A DNA stretch of 63,855 bases, counting the filler. It is 4 parts of 4 records of this genome, joined end to end, with 100 filler letters (N's around TTAATTAATTAA, not from the genome) between each part and the next. Parts side by side here need not be neighbours in the genome. Positions count along the whole stretch, not along the records: positions 1 to 20,172 come from SRR31156797_969; 3 more parts are not named here. One strand, given 5' to 3'. Every line of letters begins with the position of its first letter. The first letter of the stretch is position 1. A model generated the notes under the pieces. That model was given only the letters and a program-made list of their open reading frames with translations, made no database searches and was not told where the DNA came from. A program made the position numbers and the translations under genes. Below are positions 1 to 9,836 of the stretch, piece by piece.

Positions 1-1
1 G

Positions 2-49
2 GGAGCTTGTAAAATGGCTGGTCTGCCCAAGCCTACCGGCTGCGTATAG
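2..49 (+). CDS. dsrC: 3' end of DsrC (sulfur carrier of dissimilatory sulfite reduction), partial
   Basis: Frame from base 2 reads GACKMAGLPKPTGCV*, the conserved DsrC/TusE C-terminal arm with both cysteines. Too short for the ORF track. Confidence 0.9.
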   Translation, partial: GACKMAGLPKPTGCV

Positions 50-119
50 TTTTTAAGTTAATCAGTTTGTGAATTGTGAAGCAGTCGCGGTGATTGCTTC
101 ACAGCGAGTCCAAAGTCAG

Positions 120-153
120 AAAAACCCCGGGGATCGGCTCCGGGGTTTTTTTT
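120..153 (+). terminator. Intrinsic terminator after dsrC
   Basis: AAAACCCCGG-loop-CCGGGGTTTTTTTT hairpin with U-tract. Confidence 0.85.
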
Positions 154-232
154 GTTTAATTTTCGATAGATTCTTTTAAAGTATATTTGCTGTGACCAGG
201 ATAATTGCCTATGATGGCAATAGGGAGATGTT

Positions 233-2602
233 TTGGTGGCAAATAAAGAGAACAGTGAAAAATATGAACTTTTCAAGGATGTGATGGAGCATCGGCTGCA
301 ACAGGCCGATATCCGTCAGGTGTTGAACCAGCTGTCCTTGGAAGATCGTGATTTTTTTGTCGAGACGCTGACAGGCACTTTCGACAAGTTGAACGCTGTC
401 CTTGAAGTCACACACCAGGTGTCGGATATCCTGACGCTTGATATCCTGTTCTCCCGCCTTGTGGAACTGACCACTGAGGCGCTACGCGCGGACAGGGGCA
501 CGATTTTTCTCAATGATCCCGAGACGGACGAGTTATTCTCGCGCGTGGCCATGGGGGAATTGACCCAGGAAATCCGGTTTCCCAACCATTTGGGTATAGC
601 AGGTTCAGTTTTTACTACTGGTGAGTCGATCATCATTGATGATGCCTACGCCGATCCCAGATTCAATCCGGAAGTGGACAAAAAAACCGGTTATCGCACT
701 CGCAATATAATCACCGCTCCCATACGGGGGAAGGATGGCATTGCCGTGGGTGTGGTCCAGCTGCTCAACAAGCATGAAAACAATTTTTCCGAACATGATC
801 TTTCCCTGCTGGAAGCCATGGCCGCCCAGGCTGCCTCGGCTCTGATCAACGCCCAACTGTTCGAGCAGGTCACCCGTGCCCGCAAGGAAGAGACGCAACT
901 CCTGGAGGTCACTAAGGCCATTTCCAAGGAAATCCATCTCAAACCCCTCATTAAGAGGATCATGTCCACCACGTCCATGCTTTTGGAGGCTGACCGCAGT
1001 ACTTTGTTTTTGAACGATGAAAAAACAAAAGAGTTGTGGTCCATGGTCGCTCAGGGAATGGAGACAAAGGAAATCCGTTTTCCCAACCATCTTGGTATTG
1101 CCGGATCGGTTTTTACGTCCGGAAACACGGTCAATATTCCGGACGCGTATGCAGATTCACGGTTTAACCCCGAGGTGGACAAGAAGACCGGGTACAGGAC
1201 CAATACCATTTTGTGCATGCCGGTGAAGAACAAGTCCGGAAAGATCATCGGCGTGGTCCAGTCCTTGAACAAGAAGGGCGGCCCGTTCACCGGCGTCGAT
1301 GAAAAACGGCTTCATGCTTTTTCGGCTCAGGCTTCCATAGCGATCGAGAATGCAACGCTTTTTGAAGAAGTCCTGACCATGAAAAATTACAACGAGTCCA
1401 TGCTTGAATCCATGGCTAACGGCGTGGTTACATTCAACGAGAACGGGATCGCCCAAAAATGCAATTTGTCTGCGGAACGTATTCTGGAAATTCGCGAAAT
1501 GGATGTCCTTGCCCAAAAGGCGGACGCGCTTTTTGTGGATGATAATGAGTGGATTGCGAACGCTATTTACAAAACTGTTACCGAAAATACGACTGAGTTG
1601 GTCATGGATGCTGAACTGGCCACCCACGGCAAGGTCAAGTCCGTGAATCTCTCGACCAAGCCCCTGGTTAATTCCAAGGGTGTGAGTCTGGGGGTACTGC
1701 TCGTCCTTGAAGATATTTCGAGCGAAAAGCGGCTCAAGGGTACTCTGGCCCGGTACATGACCAAGGAAGTAGCCGACCAGCTTATGGACAATGAGGCCAT
1801 ACTTGGGGGGCAGCTCAAGGAGGCTACGGTATTTTTTTCCGACATCCGCAGTTTTACCACACTGTCTGAATCCTTGGGGGCGCAGGAAACAGTCTCCATG
1901 CTTAATGACTATTTTACCGATATGGTGGAAATCCTTTTCGAACAGGGAGGGATACTGGACAAATACATCGGCGACGCAATTATGGCCGTGTTCGGCACGC
2001 CCTTTGCGACGGATCGCGACGCTGATCGCGCTGTTTTGTCAGCCATTGAAATGATGCGTTCCCTGCGCGATTTCAATGAACGCCGCCTTAAGGAAGGGCA
2101 CGATCCTATTGATATCGGAATAGGCCTGAATACCGCTCCGGTGGTCGTAGGCAACATCGGGTCTCTCAAGCGCATGGACTACACCGTGATTGGTGACGGG
2201 GTGAACCTGGCGGCCCGATTGGAGGGGGCTAACAAGATGTATGGTTCCAACATCCTGATCAGCGAGTTCACGGTCGCGGCTCTCAAGGACGATTATCTCC
2301 TGCGGGAAGCGGACCTTATTCAGGTTAAGGGCAAAACCGAGCCTGTGGCCATTTATGAGGTGCTTGACCATGCCAAGGAGGAGCAGCACCCTCTCCTCCG
2401 GGAGTTAATCCGCACCTTTGCCCATGGACTGGAAGTCTATCGCAATCGGGAATTCAAGGCTGCGCGGATGCTCTTTAAGGAGTGTTCAGCACTTTTGCCC
2501 GGTGACAAGATGTGCGCAATGTATATTAATCGATGCGACCACTTCATCTCCAACCCGCCACCAGCCGATTGGGACGGCGTTTGGGTCATGAAGAGCAAGT
2601 AG
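233..2602 (+). CDS. Class III adenylate cyclase, GAF-GAF-PAS-catalytic-TPR-like (CyaB architecture)
   Basis: Two GAF repeats (EIRFPNHLGIAGSVF...DAYAD.RFNPEVDKKTGYRT), a PAS-like segment, and catalytic motifs FSDIRSFT, KYIGDAIM, DYTVIGDGVNLAARLE. Confidence 0.9.
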   Translation: MVANKENSEKYELFKDVMEHRLQQADIRQVLNQLSLEDRDFFVETLTGTFDKLNAVLEVTHQVSDILTLDILFSRLVELTTEALRADRGTIFLNDPETDELFSRVAMGELTQEIRFPNHLGIAGSVFTTGESIIIDDAYADPRFNPEVDKKTGYRTRNIITAPIRGKDGIAVGVVQLLNKHENNFSEHDLSLLEAMAAQAASALINAQLFEQVTRARKEETQLLEVTKAISKEIHLKPLIKRIMSTTSMLLEADRSTLFLNDEKTKELWSMVAQGMETKEIRFPNHLGIAGSVFTSGNTVNIPDAYADSRFNPEVDKKTGYRTNTILCMPVKNKSGKIIGVVQSLNKKGGPFTGVDEKRLHAFSAQASIAIENATLFEEVLTMKNYNESMLESMANGVVTFNENGIAQKCNLSAERILEIREMDVLAQKADALFVDDNEWIANAIYKTVTENTTELVMDAELATHGKVKSVNLSTKPLVNSKGVSLGVLLVLEDISSEKRLKGTLARYMTKEVADQLMDNEAILGGQLKEATVFFSDIRSFTTLSESLGAQETVSMLNDYFTDMVEILFEQGGILDKYIGDAIMAVFGTPFATDRDADRAVLSAIEMMRSLRDFNERRLKEGHDPIDIGIGLNTAPVVVGNIGSLKRMDYTVIGDGVNLAARLEGANKMYGSNILISEFTVAALKDDYLLREADLIQVKGKTEPVAIYEVLDHAKEEQHPLLRELIRTFAHGLEVYRNREFKAARMLFKECSALLPGDKMCAMYINRCDHFISNPPPADWDGVWVMKSK

Positions 2603-2624
2603 ACAGCAATTTGAGTTTGTTTGA

Positions 2625-3335
2625 TTACCGCGCTATCTTCTCTATCTGCTGCTCCAAAGGCAGAAAATCCGTGAATTCGTACCAAGGTTTTTTAAGAGTC
2701 ACGGCATTCTCTATTTTATCTCTGACATCACCTTTTTGGTATTTATCCATGATAAGTGCCGCGTCAGCCCTTTCATCAAAGGCAGCAAAAAATTCTTTTT
2801 GTGCTTGAGTCAAATCTCCATAATTTGAAGAACTGAATAGTTTTTTAGCCAGATCGTTATTTACTTCCCCGGCAAATCCGATGGAAATCTTTTGGGAGGG
2901 AGATATCAGTTTGGTGCAGATGCGTATTGCCGTATATCCGGGCAGGGAAGCCATGCTGTTTTTCCCTGATCCGGGCGAGACCAGAAAAGAACGGCAGTAA
3001 TAACTTTCACCTGCAATATTTCGGGTATAAATGCCGGTGTTGGGCAGTTCTTCCCCCGGTACTTTTTTCGGGCGTACACTCCACCCTTGACGCATAGTGA
3101 TGATTTCTACCCATGCTTCTTCTCCGCCGTCCCTGCCAGCATAAAAGTAAGTGTGCACGCTGGCTTTGTCTTTTGTTTCCTTGGATTCACCCTGATATTC
3201 CAAACCGTTGAATTTTACGGTCAAGGACGGTGATTTGGTGGAATAAAAACCATGCTTGCCGGGAACTTTCTGGGCCACGCATCCAGAAAGAATGATGGCG
3301 GTCAGCAAAGCGAATAACAGTAAAAGTTTTTTCAT
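2625..3335 (-). CDS. Hypothetical lipoprotein
   Basis: MKK + hydrophobic stretch + LSGC lipobox; 236 aa. Confidence 0.7.
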   Translation of the reverse strand: MKKLLLLFALLTAIILSGCVAQKVPGKHGFYSTKSPSLTVKFNGLEYQGESKETKDKASVHTYFYAGRDGGEEAWVEIITMRQGWSVRPKKVPGEELPNTGIYTRNIAGESYYCRSFLVSPGSGKNSMASLPGYTAIRICTKLISPSQKISIGFAGEVNNDLAKKLFSSSNYGDLTQAQKEFFAAFDERADAALIMDKYQKGDVRDKIENAVTLKKPWYEFTDFLPLEQQIEKIAR

Positions 3336-3368
3336 ACTGATAATCCGGTGGTTTAGATTTGGTGTTTA

Positions 3369-4496
3369 CTATGTGTTCTTTAAGTCGTTCAGAATGATCT
3401 CAGCAGTGCGTGAAGCTACGCCCGGTTCTCCTATCATTTTCCGCAGTTCTTTTAGGTCCGCTCTCACTCTTTGTGCTGATTCCGGGAAGCTTACCCATTC
3501 ATGGATCTGTTCGTAAAAGTTATCAGCAGTGGCATTTTCGAGCAGATATTCCGGTAGGATAAGTTTGTCCGGGATAATGTTGGCGAGGCTGACGTATTTA
3601 ATATCGAGTATCTTCTTAGCTAAGAACCCGCTCAGCGCGGACATTTTATAAGCTACCAGCGTAGGTGTACCGATGAGTGCGCATTCCAAAGTGGCAGTGC
3701 CGGAAGCAGCCATAATCGCATTGGCATTGCGCATTAAACGGTATCTGTTTTCCGGCTGGTTGATGGTCACCGGGATATGGTCCGGCCAGAAATGGCGCAG
3801 CTTTTCTTCTTTGACTCCGGGTGCACGGGCAATTGAAAATTTTAAATTCGGGAAATCTATGGAAAGCCTTTCCGCTGCCGCTGCGAATTCCGGGAGCAAC
3901 GATGAAATTTCCTTACTGCGGCTGCCCGGAAGAATACCAATCAGGTTCGGGTCTGGATCAATGGTATCCAGTTCATCAAGGGGCATGAGGTCAAGAAGGG
4001 GGTGACCCACGTACTGGGCATCGACCCCGCGATCCTTAAAGAACTGTTGCTCAAAGGGCAAAATGCACAGAATTTTACGCACATGTTTTTGCAGGAATTT
4101 TGCACGTCCCTGCCGCCATGCCCAGATTTGCGGGGTAATGTAGTAGTAAACGGGAATATCCAGTTTGCGGGCGATCTTGACCAGTCTGAAGTTGAAGTCC
4201 GGGCAGTCTATGAGGATGATTGCCTTGGGACGTTCGGCTTTGAGGATATCCCCGATCTGGCCGAAAAGTCGGAGCAGCCGTGGGAGCTTGGGCAGGACTT
4301 CAGTCAGCCCTACCAGCGAAATCAACTGCATGGGATAGCGGATATCGCAGCCTGCTTCTTCCATTGCCGATCCACCCATACCCATTACTTTCAGGCCGGG
4401 GTCGCGCTCCATGAGTTCTTTTGCCAGTTTTGCCCCGTGCATGTCGCCGGAAGCTTCACCTGCGTTAATCCAGATAGAGTTATTTTTTATGGTCAT
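3369..4496 (-). CDS. lpxB: Lipid-A-disaccharide synthase
   Basis: AGEASGD, ID.PDFN, PQIWAWR, VGHPL, LPGSR, ASGTATLE motifs. Confidence 0.95.
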   Translation of the reverse strand: MTIKNNSIWINAGEASGDMHGAKLAKELMERDPGLKVMGMGGSAMEEAGCDIRYPMQLISLVGLTEVLPKLPRLLRLFGQIGDILKAERPKAIILIDCPDFNFRLVKIARKLDIPVYYYITPQIWAWRQGRAKFLQKHVRKILCILPFEQQFFKDRGVDAQYVGHPLLDLMPLDELDTIDPDPNLIGILPGSRSKEISSLLPEFAAAAERLSIDFPNLKFSIARAPGVKEEKLRHFWPDHIPVTINQPENRYRLMRNANAIMAASGTATLECALIGTPTLVAYKMSALSGFLAKKILDIKYVSLANIIPDKLILPEYLLENATADNFYEQIHEWVSFPESAQRVRADLKELRKMIGEPGVASRTAEIILNDLKNT

Positions 4497-4709
4497 TATT
4501 TGTTCTCATAAATGTGGTTTAAAGTCGGACAATACGTTTGCATTCTTGAAAAAGCAACGCTTGCTGAGACTAAGGAAGCCAGTTGAAATTTATTTGCGAA
4601 TTTATCCGTTATAAGGGGAACTGCTTGCAATGATGGATTAAATAGTGTTAAGCCACGATATGGTTGTGAGGTAGTTTTTTAGAATTTCATTTTATTTAAG
4701 GAGTACTCA

Positions 4710-4970
4710 ATGGCTCAAAAGAACGTAAAAAATATGATGGGCGTTCTGTCCGGGGTTTTTGCCCATACCGGTCACCTTTCCAAAGAGGAAGCCATGAAGA
4801 TGGCTGGCATGGATGAGGCAGAATTCAAGACCGTTTACGACAAAGCTGCAAACGTGGTTAAAAAGCTGGAAAGCTATGACACTGCAGCTGAAAAATATGA
4901 CAACTTTTCAGAGCACCTTTGGGAAGAGCTTCAAGAATACGTTAAGAAGTTCGGTCCCTTCGGCGTTTAA
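4710..4970 (+). CDS. Small hypothetical protein, monocistronic
   Basis: Strong RBS (AAGGAG) and its own terminator downstream; 86 aa. Confidence 0.75.
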   Translation: MAQKNVKNMMGVLSGVFAHTGHLSKEEAMKMAGMDEAEFKTVYDKAANVVKKLESYDTAAEKYDNFSEHLWEELQEYVKKFGPFGV

Positions 4971-4989
4971 TTAAATTTCCGTGTCTACG

Positions 4990-5028
4990 GAAAAAGGGAG
5001 GATGCTTTGCCCGCGTCCTCCCTTTTTT
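4990..5028 (+). terminator. Intrinsic (probably bidirectional) terminator
   Basis: AAAAAGGGAGGA...TCCTCCCTTTTTT between convergent genes. Confidence 0.8.
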
Positions 5029-5031
5029 ATT

Positions 5032-5814
5032 TTAAATTAAATACCAATTCCAGAACGGTTCGGCATAAAGAATGGTCAGCATGGACCCCAGCGCGAGAAA
5101 CGGCCCGAAGGGAATCATTGACCCGTATTCCTGATCCTTATCCACCACCATCATGATCAGTCCGGCTACCAGCCCGGTAAATGCCGAAACCGTGATCACC
5201 AGAGGCAGGTTCTGCGGTCCGGACAATGCCCCGATCATGAACATTATCTTCACATCTCCAAGGCCCAGTCCTTCGGTTCCTTTGAGTCCCCGGTAAAGCA
5301 ATCGCAGGGACCAGAATAGACCTCCTCCTATGCCCGCGCCGAGCAGCGCTCCTTCCCAGCCCACCGGAGTAAACATGGCTGCACAGGGAATGGCTGCAAT
5401 TGAACCGGGAATGGTGATGATATCGGGCAGGATGAAGGTTTGCAGGTCAATAAAAGATGCTACGATCATCAGTCCGCCGAAAAACATGTACACCAGCCAT
5501 TCTGTCGAAGGGCCGAAGGTGAGCATGAGCAGCACCGCCCATGCAACGGACACAAGTTCAATTACAGCATACATGGGGCTGATTTTATGTTTGCAGGATG
5601 AACATTTGCCGCGCAGCAGCAGGTAGCTGATGAGCGGAATATTCTCAAACCAGCGGATGGTATGCCCGCAATCCGGGCAGGTGGAACGGCGTGGGTTGGT
5701 CAGAGTCTGTCCGTTGATGTAGCGGAAAACTGCACAGCCATAAAAACTGCCCAAAACCGCACCGAGAAGGGCGGCAGCAGTGATAGAAAAAATATTGATT
5801 GAAATTAGATGCAT
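5032..5814 (-). CDS. pilD: Prepilin peptidase / N-methyltransferase (A24)
   Basis: RS.CPDC...ENIP..SY..LRGKC..C zinc motif, ID...FILPD, G.GDVK, IPFGPFL. Confidence 0.9.
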   Translation of the reverse strand: MHLISINIFSITAAALLGAVLGSFYGCAVFRYINGQTLTNPRRSTCPDCGHTIRWFENIPLISYLLLRGKCSSCKHKISPMYAVIELVSVAWAVLLMLTFGPSTEWLVYMFFGGLMIVASFIDLQTFILPDIITIPGSIAAIPCAAMFTPVGWEGALLGAGIGGGLFWSLRLLYRGLKGTEGLGLGDVKIMFMIGALSGPQNLPLVITVSAFTGLVAGLIMMVVDKDQEYGSMIPFGPFLALGSMLTILYAEPFWNWYLI

Positions 5815-5936
5815 GTTGACCTTGGATAACTTGAAGATTTAGGGTGTCCCTGCAAAACAATTGCGTCTGATTTATTTAGTAAAAAAGTGGATACGACACT
5901 TAGGATAATTGAACAAGCTTTCTACGGAGACATAAA

Positions 5937-7226
5937 ATGGGCGGCAAATATAGATTCATACCGGAACTGAGTACACAGGAACTGGCTGATAAACAGTTGG
6001 AAGGATTGAAATGGACCGTAGCGCATACCGCCACCAACAGCCCTTTTTATCAGGTGCAGTACAAAGGGCAGGGCGTGGAAGCGGGCGACATTAAATCTCT
6101 TGATGATCTGCAGAAACTTCCTTTTACTACTGCCGACCACCTTAAGGAAGGTTATCCTCTACCGCTTCTCTCCGTTCCCGAAGAGGATGTGGTGCGTATC
6201 CACGGTTCCAGCGGAACCACCGGAAAACGCAAAATTCTTTCCTATACCCGCAAAGATATTGAAACATGGAAAAATATGTTCGCTCGCTGCTACGAGCTGG
6301 CCGGACTGACAACTCTTGACCGGGTGCAGGTCTGCGTAGGCTACGGCTTATGGACTGCCGGGGCCGGATTCCAGCTCGGCTCGGAACATTTCGGGGCCAT
6401 GACCCTGCCTGTGGGACCGGGCATGCTTGAAATTCAGCTCCAGATTCTGGAAGATCTCGGGGCGACCTGTCTTTGTTCAACTGCTTCTATGGCCTTGTTG
6501 TTGGGTGAGGAGGCGCAGAAGGCCGGGATTGTGGAGCGGCTCAAGCTCAAACGCTGTATCTTCGGTGGCGAAGCCTGTTCGTCCAAGATGCGTAAGCAGT
6601 TTGAGGAAGCCCTCGGCCTTGAATCAAGCCACGATATTTCTGGTATGACCGAACTTTACGGTCCTGGTGCCGGGATCGAATGTAACGCGCATGAAGGCCT
6701 CCATTATTGGGGAGATGAGTACATTGCCGAGATCATTGATCCGCTAACCCTCAAGCCTGTGCCTGACGGTGAAGTTGGCGAGCTGGTGGTGACTACATTG
6801 AACAAGGAAGCCTCCCCGCTGGTCCGGTACCGTACCCGTGACTTGACCCGGATTATTCCCGGCGAATGTTCCTGCGGTTGTTCTATGCCTCGCCATGACA
6901 CCATTTCCGGGAGAAGTGACGATATGTTCATTTTTCGTGGGGTCAATATTTATCCAGGTCAGATCGCTTCCGTACTGGAGTCCTTCCCTGAAGCAAGCTC
7001 GGAGTACCAGATCTACTTGGAGCGGCGTGAAGGGCTGGATCATATGTCCGTGCGTGTGGAGCGTATGCCCGAAGCCTCCGAGGCCAATGACGTAAATCTC
7101 GCCAAGGCAATCTGCAACGAGATTAGGAAATTTATTCTTGTGCGAGCCAATGTGGAAATTCTCAAGCCCGGATTGCTGCCAAGAAGTTTCGCCAAGACCA
7201 AGCGTGTTTTTGACGAAAGAGTCTAG
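5937..7226 (+). CDS. paaK: Phenylacetate-CoA ligase family protein
   Basis: HGSSGTTGK P-loop, GYGLWTAG, GELVVTTL.KEA.P.VRYRTRD, GRSDDM...RGVNIYP. Confidence 0.85.
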   Translation: MGGKYRFIPELSTQELADKQLEGLKWTVAHTATNSPFYQVQYKGQGVEAGDIKSLDDLQKLPFTTADHLKEGYPLPLLSVPEEDVVRIHGSSGTTGKRKILSYTRKDIETWKNMFARCYELAGLTTLDRVQVCVGYGLWTAGAGFQLGSEHFGAMTLPVGPGMLEIQLQILEDLGATCLCSTASMALLLGEEAQKAGIVERLKLKRCIFGGEACSSKMRKQFEEALGLESSHDISGMTELYGPGAGIECNAHEGLHYWGDEYIAEIIDPLTLKPVPDGEVGELVVTTLNKEASPLVRYRTRDLTRIIPGECSCGCSMPRHDTISGRSDDMFIFRGVNIYPGQIASVLESFPEASSEYQIYLERREGLDHMSVRVERMPEASEANDVNLAKAICNEIRKFILVRANVEILKPGLLPRSFAKTKRVFDERV

Positions 7227-7230
7227 AATG

Positions 7231-7263
7231 AAAAAGGGGTGCTGGTTAATCAGTACCCCTTTT
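7231..7263. terminator. Bidirectional terminator
   Basis: AAAAAGGGGTGCTG-loop-CAGTACCCCTTTT between convergent genes. Confidence 0.75.
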
Positions 7264-7265
7264 CT

Positions 7266-8186
7266 CTATTTCAATCCTTCATATATTCTGTCCAGATTTT
7301 CCGAATACAATTTCAGTAGCCTTTGTCTTGCTGGCTGATCTGTTGATGCTGATGGCACTAGCGTGGTTAGGACAATTGGCTGTGCACCATTGTTTACAAT
7401 GACTTCGAGTATTTTACCTTGCGGCATGCGATTACAGAGTACGGCTTTGATTTCATTTTCGCGGATAGCCTCTTCCAGTGCGGCAATATCCGATTCATCC
7501 CAATCGATTTGCTGCTTTAGGAAATTTCCAACCACCTCAATGCCGAATTCTGATATAAGATAATCAAAATCATCGGTCAGGCTGATGACTTCTGTTGATT
7601 CGAGATCAATTAATTTTGATTCATAATTGGTTCGTAGTTTGAAGAGATCCTGCTTCAGTGATTTCAGGTTGTTGTATATTTTAGGGGCGTGATCCGGGTA
7701 AAGGGCCATGAGATCCTTAGCAACGAAGTCCGCCATCTTGGTAAGGTTGCCCGGAGAGCGCCAGATGAATGGCAACACCTGTCCTTCCTTTCTCGCTTTG
7801 GTTAACTTGACCCCTGCTTGTGTTTTGTCGACCGGGGCTGAACCGTCGATTTCCACAATACGTATATTGGCGCGTCGGGCGTAGGGGTACAGGTCATCGT
7901 GCTTCCATATGGACCGGATGGTCACGCAGGCTGCACTTTTTGCGGCCTGTTCATGGAATTTTATTTTATGCTTCTTAAGGTATCTGGCCTGAGAATTCAT
8001 AGAATAGGTGGCAGGTACAGTAAGGACTGTTTTGATCCCGGTTCCATCGGTTAAGGTCAGGGTAAGCAGCTTAGTGGCTTCAAGAGAAGTCAATATCTGC
8101 ATATCCGATGTTTGGGGATGTTTGGTCGATTGTTTGGCGCATCCCAGCAAACTGAGCAGCATAATTAACGGTAGTATCTTTTTCAT
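7266..8186 (-). CDS. Second metal ABC substrate-binding lipoprotein (FpvF-like)
   Basis: Lipobox LLGC; the IRSIW..DDLYP.ARR.NIRIVEID...PVD segment matches Pseudomonas FpvF as I recall it. Confidence 0.75.
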   Translation of the reverse strand: MKKILPLIMLLSLLGCAKQSTKHPQTSDMQILTSLEATKLLTLTLTDGTGIKTVLTVPATYSMNSQARYLKKHKIKFHEQAAKSAACVTIRSIWKHDDLYPYARRANIRIVEIDGSAPVDKTQAGVKLTKARKEGQVLPFIWRSPGNLTKMADFVAKDLMALYPDHAPKIYNNLKSLKQDLFKLRTNYESKLIDLESTEVISLTDDFDYLISEFGIEVVGNFLKQQIDWDESDIAALEEAIRENEIKAVLCNRMPQGKILEVIVNNGAQPIVLTTLVPSASTDQPARQRLLKLYSENLDRIYEGLK

Positions 8187-8202
8187 AACAGAATCCTAAT
8201 TC

Positions 8203-9111
8203 TTAAATTGCTGCTTCTCTAAAGGAAGGCAGTGTTGCGCGCAGCAGGGAAGTCAGAGCAAAGAGCACTGCTGCCACGATGATGATCGCCCCGCCGGAGG
8301 GGACCGGAATCTCGTATTGCATAGGTATGATCACACCCAGCAAGCAACTCAGGGTAGCAAAGAGCATGCTGTAAAAGAAAAATCCGCGCATGGATTTGCT
8401 GATATTGCGCGCAGCCGCAGCCGGAATGATGAACAGGGCTTCCACCAGCACTGCGCCGACGATTTTGAGTGCTGCCACGGTAATTACGGTAATGATGAGA
8501 ATGAACATGTAGTCAACAAGCTTGACGTTGATGCCGCGTACATGGGCAAGGCTGGGGTTGAAGCTCGCCAGCAGGATTTTATTGAACATAGGCAGGCAAA
8601 CCGCTGTACAAGTAGCACATATTACAGCCAGCACGTTGATGTCGGTATTGTTTACGGTCAGGATGGAACCGAACAGGATGTTGTCCAACACGTGCATGTT
8701 GACCTTCCCGGTCACGTAAAGCAGCACACAGGCGCCCACTGCGAGTGAGATGGACAGGAATACACCGATTACTGTGTCAGATGACATGCGAGTCCGGTTG
8801 CGGGTGAAGTTCATGAGCAGCCCGAAAAGGATGCAGAATCCGAAGAGGGAAACGTAAGGCGCGGTATATGGCTCACCGAGGACAATGCCCAGCGCAACCC
8901 CGGTCAGTGCTGCCTGTCCAACTGCCTGTGAGAAAAAAGCCAGCCGTTTGGCAACCACCATAGTTCCTATACCACCGAGAATCGGTCCTGCCAGCAGGGA
9001 GCAGATCAGGGCGTTGATGACAAAGGCGTACTGGAAATAATCCGGCAGTACGCCGTTTTTGCCCATTTCCATAAGCGGGGTCCTGATCAGGTCGTAGAGG
9101 AAATCCATCAT
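8203..9111 (-). CDS. Metal ABC transporter permease (ZnuB/FpvE-like)
   Basis: ABC-3 permease motifs (LFGSILTV, KIVGAVLV.AL.IIPAAAARN). Start moved to the ATG overlapping the ATPase stop. Confidence 0.88.
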   Translation of the reverse strand: MMDFLYDLIRTPLMEMGKNGVLPDYFQYAFVINALICSLLAGPILGGIGTMVVAKRLAFFSQAVGQAALTGVALGIVLGEPYTAPYVSLFGFCILFGLLMNFTRNRTRMSSDTVIGVFLSISLAVGACVLLYVTGKVNMHVLDNILFGSILTVNNTDINVLAVICATCTAVCLPMFNKILLASFNPSLAHVRGINVKLVDYMFILIITVITVAALKIVGAVLVEALFIIPAAAARNISKSMRGFFFYSMLFATLSCLLGVIIPMQYEIPVPSGGAIIIVAAVLFALTSLLRATLPSFREAAI

Positions 9112-9836
9112 GCCGCCTGCCTTGCTGAGCTGAATATGTTCAAGATGCGGTCTGCGGTGAGTTCTTTTGTGGGGCATCCCGAAAAAAGAACCTCGCGGTT
9201 GATACAGGTCACGCAATCACCGATTTTTTTCACTTCCATCAGGTCATGATGGATGATTAGGATGGTCACGCCTTTTGTTTTCAACTCCTGAAGTAAGCCG
9301 CGCATGATGGCTGCTCCGGCCTTATCCAGTCCGGTGGTTGGTTCATCAAGAATGAGCAGGGCAGGTTCAGGGAGGAGGGATTGTGCGAGGAGTACCCGTT
9401 GCCGTTCTCCGCCGGAAAGTTGGCCGAAAATGCGTGTGGATTTTTCTGCCATATTGACCCGTTCGAGAGCCGAATGGATCGCTTTACGGTCCTTGGCAGA
9501 GGGATTCATAAAAGCAGGCCTGTTCTGGCAGGTCATGGACATGAAATTTTCCACAGTAACCGGAAGGGTGGTGTCATAGTTCAGGGTTTGGGGCACGTAG
9601 CCGATGGTCCGATTTTCCTGCCAGTCTATGCTGATATTCCCGGAATGGGGCATCTGGCCGAGTAGGCAACGTAGCAAAGAGGTCTTGCCGCCGCCGTTGG
9701 GGCCGATAATGCAATGCAGTCCGCCGGAGAATATTTCAAAGTTCAAGTCTTTGAGGATGCTGGTATTACCGAGGGTCAGGCTGACGTTTTCGAAGTTGAT
9801 CGACGGACCGTATTTAGTTTGTATCATGGTGTTCAT
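9108..9836 (-). CDS. Metal ABC transporter ATPase (ZnuC/FpvD-like)
   Basis: GPNGGGKT, GYVPQ, LSGGERQR, LILDEP, IHHD. Confidence 0.92.
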   Translation of the reverse strand: MNTMIQTKYGPSINFENVSLTLGNTSILKDLNFEIFSGGLHCIIGPNGGGKTSLLRCLLGQMPHSGNISIDWQENRTIGYVPQTLNYDTTLPVTVENFMSMTCQNRPAFMNPSAKDRKAIHSALERVNMAEKSTRIFGQLSGGERQRVLLAQSLLPEPALLILDEPTTGLDKAGAAIMRGLLQELKTKGVTILIIHHDLMEVKKIGDCVTCINREVLFSGCPTKELTADRILNIFSSARQAA

